Source: an uncultured Aliarcobacter sp. (GTDB lineage: Bacteria; Campylobacterota; Campylobacteria; Campylobacterales; Arcobacteraceae). Taken from it: 64,000 nucleotides of DNA. The translations under genes and the position numbers were made by a program. A model generated the notes under the pieces. That model was not told the origin of the DNA and made no database searches. It saw only the letters and a program-made list of their open reading frames with translations. Shown piece by piece: positions 58,722 to 64,000 of the stretch. The stretch lies in contig OY781945.1 of the NCBI GenBank assembly GCA_963677435.1, positions 1,600,001-1,664,000 of the forward strand, written 5' to 3'. Position 1 is the stretch's first letter. Each line of letters starts with the position of its first letter.

Positions 58722-59597
58722 TTGACACAAACTTTAAAAGCTCATTTATTAGTATTATTAGCCACTTTTTTGGTTGCTGGTTCGTTTGTTGCATCTGCAA
58801 AACTTTCAGGTGTTATTGATTCTATCTCACTAACTTTATTTCGTTTTTTTGTGGCTTCTTTATTTTTAGCACCAATTATATTTTTAAATAAAAACTACAG
58901 AGAAAAAATACTTTCTACGATGCCACGAGCCATGGTTATAAGTCTTTTTTATTCTTTATACTTTATTGGGCTTTTCAAAGCTTTAGAGAGTACAACTGCT
59001 TTAAATACTGGAACTTTATTTACATTAGTTCCTTTATTAACAGGGATTTTGTGTATCTTTTTCTTAAAAGAAGAGATGAGTTTAAAACAGTTATTTATCT
59101 ATCTTGTGGGAATTATTGGAACTTGTATTGTTGTATTTAAAGCAGATATAAATCTGTTTTTGAACTTCACTTTAAATCAAGGTGATATTATCTTTTTATT
59201 TGCCATCGTTGCTATGGCTTTGTATTCTATTACTTTAAAACTTCTTCATAAGAAAGAAGATGAACTTTTGGTTCTTGTTTTTTGTACTTTAATTGGTGGT
59301 TGTATTTGGATGTTTTTGACTTTAGAAATTTTAGATATACCTTTAAATTGGGAAAAAATTCAAGGTGATTACATCTATTATATGCTTTATTTGATTATTG
59401 CTGCTACTCTTATGACAGTCTATTTATATCAGCAAGCAGCTATAAATATTGGACCTAAAAAAGTTATGGCTTATGTTTATTTAAACCCTGTTGCTATTGC
59501 TATTTTATTGTTCATTTTTGAAAATCAAGTTATTTTAGGAAAAGTCATAGTTGGAATTATAATCTCAACTATAACTACTTTTTTACTTTTAATATGA
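58722..59597 (+). CDS. DMT/EamA family transporter
   Basis: About ten hydrophobic segments, RF..A, AL..T.A.N and Y.YL.P; TTG start after AAGGA. Confidence 0.88.
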   Translation: MTQTLKAHLLVLLATFLVAGSFVASAKLSGVIDSISLTLFRFFVASLFLAPIIFLNKNYREKILSTMPRAMVISLFYSLYFIGLFKALESTTALNTGTLFTLVPLLTGILCIFFLKEEMSLKQLFIYLVGIIGTCIVVFKADINLFLNFTLNQGDIIFLFAIVAMALYSITLKLLHKKEDELLVLVFCTLIGGCIWMFLTLEILDIPLNWEKIQGDYIYYMLYLIIAATLMTVYLYQQAAINIGPKKVMAYVYLNPVAIAILLFIFENQVILGKVIVGIIISTITTFLLLI

Positions 59598-59601
59598 AAA
59601 C

Positions 59602-60537
59602 TTAGGCATTTTGATACTTAGTAAATAAAAGTAATCCACCCATAATTAGGGCAATACCTAAAATAGAATAAAGATTTAAAGTAGCATTTCCCAAAAATAT
59701 CATTCCACCAATAAGTGAAAAGCCAACTTCACTTGCTTGTGTTGAGTCAACTGCTGCTATTTCATTTGAATCTTTTGCTAAGTTTCTTGCATATAAAAAT
59801 ATCGGAGTTGCTAGAATTCCTGAAAAAAATGCTATTAAAGCAGTTGTGATTATTTGTGAATCACTTGGTGCTGGTGGATTAATAATTGTTAATAAAATAA
59901 TCCAAAAGGGAATAGAACCAATTGACATTAAAAATACTTTATTAAAGGCATTTGATAGTAGTTTTGAAGTTATTTTTGGTACATTTTTATGATCTCCATT
60001 TTTTGCTTCCCAAACCAATTGATTTCCCATTGGATAAAAAAATGAGGCAATTAAAACAGGAAGACCACCTAGTAATAAAGCTTTTAAATCAAAATTTTCC
60101 ATATGTGAAAGGTTTACTAAACAAACACCAACAAAGATTATAAATGAAAAAATCCAAATTTTTTTAGGAAATTTTTTCCCAAACATCATAAAAACAAAAA
60201 GCCCTGAAAACATTGTAAATTGCCAAGTTGCAGCTATTACCCATCCTGGTGAATAATCAGCACTAAAACAAAGTAAAGCATAGAAAAATCCATATCCTAT
60301 TGTTCCACTTATTGTCCAAAACCAGTAGTTTTCCATAAATAGTTTACATACATCTTTTAGTCGTTTTATTCCACCTTGTAAAAGTAGAATGATTATTAAA
60401 AAAACAATTACGAAAAAATATCTAAGGATTGCAGACCATAGCCAATGTCCACCTGAAACACTCATAACATCGTTAAACACAAAGGTTGTACTAAAAAAAG
60501 CACCAGAAAGGATACCTAATAAAATCAGTTTAATCAT
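59602..60537 (-). CDS. DMT-superfamily putative multidrug efflux family protein
   Basis: FFS.TF..N..M...GGHW.WSA.LRY, PGW..A.TWQ, YP.GNQ and TQ..EV.F. Confidence 0.85.
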   Translation of the reverse strand: MIKLILLGILSGAFFSTTFVFNDVMSVSGGHWLWSAILRYFFVIVFLIIILLLQGGIKRLKDVCKLFMENYWFWTISGTIGYGFFYALLCFSADYSPGWVIAATWQFTMFSGLFVFMMFGKKFPKKIWIFSFIIFVGVCLVNLSHMENFDLKALLLGGLPVLIASFFYPMGNQLVWEAKNGDHKNVPKITSKLLSNAFNKVFLMSIGSIPFWIILLTIINPPAPSDSQIITTALIAFFSGILATPIFLYARNLAKDSNEIAAVDSTQASEVGFSLIGGMIFLGNATLNLYSILGIALIMGGLLLFTKYQNA

Positions 60538-60665
60538 AAAAGTCCATTAATAAATAATTTTTTGCGTACGGTAACATAAACAAACTTATAAAAGTGTTGT
60601 TTTTAATAAAGATTTTAGTGTTAATATTTGATACAATAAAATTATATAAAAATTAGGGAGAAAAT

Positions 60666-61505
60666 ATGAATACTTTTTTATCAAATGAAAATACGAAAAT
60701 GCCAAATATGATTTATGGAACAGCTTGGAAAAAAGAAAATACTACAGATTTAGTTTTTGAAGCGTTAAAACAAGGTTTTAAAGGTATTGACACTGCTTGT
60801 CAACCAAAACATTATAGGGAAGATTTAGTAGGACTTGGACTTCTTAAAGCTTATGAGACTGGTATAAAAAGAGAAGATATCTTTCTTCAAACAAAATTCA
60901 CTCCAATTGATGGGCAAGATCAAAATAATATGCCATATTTACAAAGTGACGAGATTGAAATTCAAGTGGAAAAATCTTTCGAAACTTCTAAAAAAAATCT
61001 AAAGACTGATTTTATAAATGCGTACATTTTACATTCACCCGTATATCCAGGAAGCAAACTACAAAGAGTTTGGCAAAAAATGGAAGAGTTTTATGACAAA
61101 AAAGAAGTAGGGGCTTTGGGAATTAGTAACTGTTATGATTTAGATGTTTTAGTTTATTTGTACAATAATGCAAAAGTAAAACCAAGTATCGTTCAAAATA
61201 GGTTTTATGCCCAAAGTGGATATGACAAAGAAATTAGAGTTTTTTGTGAAGAAAAAGGCATTAAATATGAGAGTTTTTGGTCATTAACTGCAAATCCACA
61301 TATTTTAAGTAGTGAGATTTTAATAGAGTTAGCAAGTAAATATAATAGAGAAGTTACTCAAATATTTTATAGATTTTTAAATCACATAAATATTGTTCCT
61401 TTAAATGGAACAACATCAACAAAACATATGATAGATGATTTAAAAATAATGGAATTTGAACTTTTAGATGAAGAAATTAATCAAATTGCCATTTTACTGA
61501 ACTAA
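60666..61505 (+). CDS. Aldo/keto reductase
   Basis: YGTAW, GIDTA, RE..F.QTKF, LH.P, LGISN and VQNR. Confidence 0.9.
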   Translation: MNTFLSNENTKMPNMIYGTAWKKENTTDLVFEALKQGFKGIDTACQPKHYREDLVGLGLLKAYETGIKREDIFLQTKFTPIDGQDQNNMPYLQSDEIEIQVEKSFETSKKNLKTDFINAYILHSPVYPGSKLQRVWQKMEEFYDKKEVGALGISNCYDLDVLVYLYNNAKVKPSIVQNRFYAQSGYDKEIRVFCEEKGIKYESFWSLTANPHILSSEILIELASKYNREVTQIFYRFLNHINIVPLNGTTSTKHMIDDLKIMEFELLDEEINQIAILLN

Positions 61506-61583
61506 TTTGTAATTTATTTAAGCATTTTTTTGAGTATAATAATTTTTGTAAGATAGGGTGATTTTAAGCTAAGGGTTTAATTT

Positions 61584-64000
61584 ATGAGAGTTGCAGAAAT
61601 ATTTTTAAAATCTAAAATTATATTAATAATATTATTTATTACATTTTTACATGCAAATGAAAAAGTAACTCTTCAATTAAAATGGTTTCATCAATTTCAA
61701 TTTGCAGGATATTATGTTGCAAAAGAAAAAGGTTATTATGATGAAGCTGGTTTAGATGTTGAAATAAAACAAAGAGATTTAAAATATAACAATATTCAAC
61801 AAGTAATAGATAATGAAGCTCAATATGGAGTAGGTGATTCTGCTTTATTATTAAATAAAATAAAAAATGAACCTATTGTAATTGTTTCTGCAATTTTTCA
61901 ACACTCTCCAAATGTTTTGGTAACTTTAAAGAGTAGTGAGATTAATTCTCCATATGATTTAAATAATAAAGATATTTTGACTTATGCTAATAATACAGAT
62001 AGTTTTGCAATATATGCAATGTTCAAAAAACTGGGAATTAAACCAAATTTTATTGAAAAAAAAGAAGCTTATGATTATTTAAAATTAATTAATCATGAAG
62101 TTGATGTAACTCCTGCTTATTTAAGTAATGAACCTTTTTATTTAAAAGAAAGAAATATACCTATTACTGTGATTAATCCAAGAAATTATGGTTTTGATTT
62201 GTATGGAGATATGCTTTTTACAAATAAAGATGAGGCTTTAAATCATCCTTTGCGTGTTGAAAAGTTTAAAGAAGCTACATTAAAAGGCTGGGAATATGCC
62301 TTAAAGCACCAAGAAGAGGTTGTTCAATTAATTCATAATAAATATAATAATAAAAAGTCTATTGAACATTTAAAATTTGAAGCAAATATTATTCAAGATA
62401 TGATTGATGAAAAAAATATACCTTTAGGAACTATTGATAAAGGACGATTAAAATATATTTCTGATTTATATAAAGATTATGGATTGTCTGATTACAGCTT
62501 AGATATAAAAGATTTTGTTTTTGAAGATTTTAAAAATAATTTGAATCTAACAAAAGAAGAGTTAACTTATATTAAAAATAAAAAAGAAATTACATATTGT
62601 ATTGATCCTAATTGGATGCCATTTGAAAAGATTGTTGATTCAAAGCATATAGGGATTACCTCAGATTATTTTAAAATTTTTGAGAAAAAAATTGGTATTC
62701 CTTTAAAACTTATTCCAACTTCTAGTTGGTCAGAATCTTTATCCTATGTCAAAAATAGAAAATGTGATATTATCTCTCTTTTAGCTGAAACTTCTAAAAG
62801 AAAAGAGTACTTAGATTTTACAAATACTTATATTCAATCTCCTTTGGTTATTGTTACAAGAAATGATGAGTTATTTATCTCAGATATACCAGATATTTCA
62901 AATCTTAAAAATAAACAAATAGGTATTGTAAAAGATTATGCTTATATTGATATTTTGAAAAAGAAATATCCAAATATTAATATTTATGAAGTAAAAAATG
63001 TTGAAGATGGTTTAAATAAAGTTAAAAACAAAGAGTTGTATGGATTTATTGATACATTAACAACTGTTTCTTATGTAATACAAAATAAATTTATCTCTCA
63101 AGTTAAAATTAGCGGTAAAATTGATGAAAATTGGGATTTGGGAATTGGAGTAAGAAATGATGAACCTTTGTTGGGAAATATTTTTAATAAAGCAATTTCA
63201 ACATTAACTTTTGAAGATAAACAGTTGATTTTTAATAAATGGATTCCTATTAATATTGGTGATTTGACAGATTATAAAGTAATAGCATTTTGGGTTTTTG
63301 GAACAATATTTATATTTGGAATTATTCTTTTTATATTTATCAGTGCAAATATGAAATTAAATAAAGAGATAAAAAAAAGAGAAGAAGTTGAAAAGAGATT
63401 AAAAAGTTTTAATAAATTAATTGATGAACATATAATCTCCTCTTCAACTGATTTAAAGGGTTATATAACTGATGTTTCAAATGCTTTTTGTAAAATAAGT
63501 AAATACTCAAGGGAAGAACTTATTGGTAAAAATCAAAATATTGTAAGACATCCTGATATGAAAAGTGAAGTATACAAAGATTTATGGAAAACAATAAAAG
63601 AAGATAAAATATGGGAAGGTGAGATAAAAGATAGAGCCAAAGATGGAACTACTTATTGGATTTATACAACAATTAGTCCAAAATATGATGAGTTTAACAA
63701 TAAAATAGGTTATATCTCTGTTAAACAAGATATTACTGATAAAAAGATTATTGAAGAGATATCTATTCGAGATGGTTTGACTAATATCTATAATCAACGA
63801 TATTTCAGTGATTTTTCTCAAAAATTCTTAAATAGCTCAAAAAGAGATAGACAACATATATCTTTTGTGATATTAGACATAGATTATTTTAAACAATACA
63901 ATGATACTTATGGTCATCAAGAAGGAGATAATGCTTTAAAGAAAATAGCAAATACCTTAATAGAGTTTACTTTAAGATCAGATGATTATTGTTTTAGATT
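61584..64000 (+). CDS. Diguanylate cyclase with NMT1/THI5-like and SBP_bac_3 periplasmic domains and a PAS domain; runs off the window edge
   Basis: Not in the ORF track. LQLKWFHQFQFAGYY, DPNWMPFE, a TM helix, STDLKGYIT.VS.AF...S.Y (PAS), DGLTNIYN, DIDYFKQYNDTYGH..GD, ending DYCFR just before the expected GG(D/E)EF. Confidence 0.9.
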   Translation, partial: MRVAEIFLKSKIILIILFITFLHANEKVTLQLKWFHQFQFAGYYVAKEKGYYDEAGLDVEIKQRDLKYNNIQQVIDNEAQYGVGDSALLLNKIKNEPIVIVSAIFQHSPNVLVTLKSSEINSPYDLNNKDILTYANNTDSFAIYAMFKKLGIKPNFIEKKEAYDYLKLINHEVDVTPAYLSNEPFYLKERNIPITVINPRNYGFDLYGDMLFTNKDEALNHPLRVEKFKEATLKGWEYALKHQEEVVQLIHNKYNNKKSIEHLKFEANIIQDMIDEKNIPLGTIDKGRLKYISDLYKDYGLSDYSLDIKDFVFEDFKNNLNLTKEELTYIKNKKEITYCIDPNWMPFEKIVDSKHIGITSDYFKIFEKKIGIPLKLIPTSSWSESLSYVKNRKCDIISLLAETSKRKEYLDFTNTYIQSPLVIVTRNDELFISDIPDISNLKNKQIGIVKDYAYIDILKKKYPNINIYEVKNVEDGLNKVKNKELYGFIDTLTTVSYVIQNKFISQVKISGKIDENWDLGIGVRNDEPLLGNIFNKAISTLTFEDKQLIFNKWIPINIGDLTDYKVIAFWVFGTIFIFGIILFIFISANMKLNKEIKKREEVEKRLKSFNKLIDEHIISSSTDLKGYITDVSNAFCKISKYSREELIGKNQNIVRHPDMKSEVYKDLWKTIKEDKIWEGEIKDRAKDGTTYWIYTTISPKYDEFNNKIGYISVKQDITDKKIIEEISIRDGLTNIYNQRYFSDFSQKFLNSSKRDRQHISFVILDIDYFKQYNDTYGHQEGDNALKKIANTLIEFTLRSDDYCFR

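Overview
AT-rich chromosomal window, most likely from an Arcobacter/Aliarcobacter-like Campylobacterota genome (inferred from gene content and order). The core backbone holds a tripartite efflux operon with the RND transporter split into two genes, fliP-mrdA, fliK, a Tat-exported GMC oxidoreductase pair, a RecD2-like helicase, ppiD-ftsA-ftsZ, hemF, metX-xseB, carB and tRNA-Glu. The right end has regulators, transporters and a truncated diguanylate cyclase. Three accessory blocks interrupt the backbone. (1) A defence islet, radC-pemK/mazF-hsdMSR (25.0-31.9 kb): the toxin has no adjacent protein antitoxin but faces a near-consensus antisense sigma70 promoter that would make a small structured RNA. 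(2) An island after tRNA-Glu (38.1-44.4 kb): an IS3 relic, then an sxtJ/sxtK-like + carbamoyltransferase + 2x SGNH + MBOAT operon. Its unannotated 50-aa SxtK-like peptide ends in a DltX-type acyl-shuttle motif, suggesting a trans-membrane carbamoyl relay for envelope polymers. (3) A decayed integrative mobilizable element (about 47.1-54.3 kb): tyrosine integrase and MobV relaxase relics plus two acyltransferase-3 genes, one frameshifted by a perfect 23-bp tandem duplication. All family assignments come from motif recognition by eye; no database searches were run.
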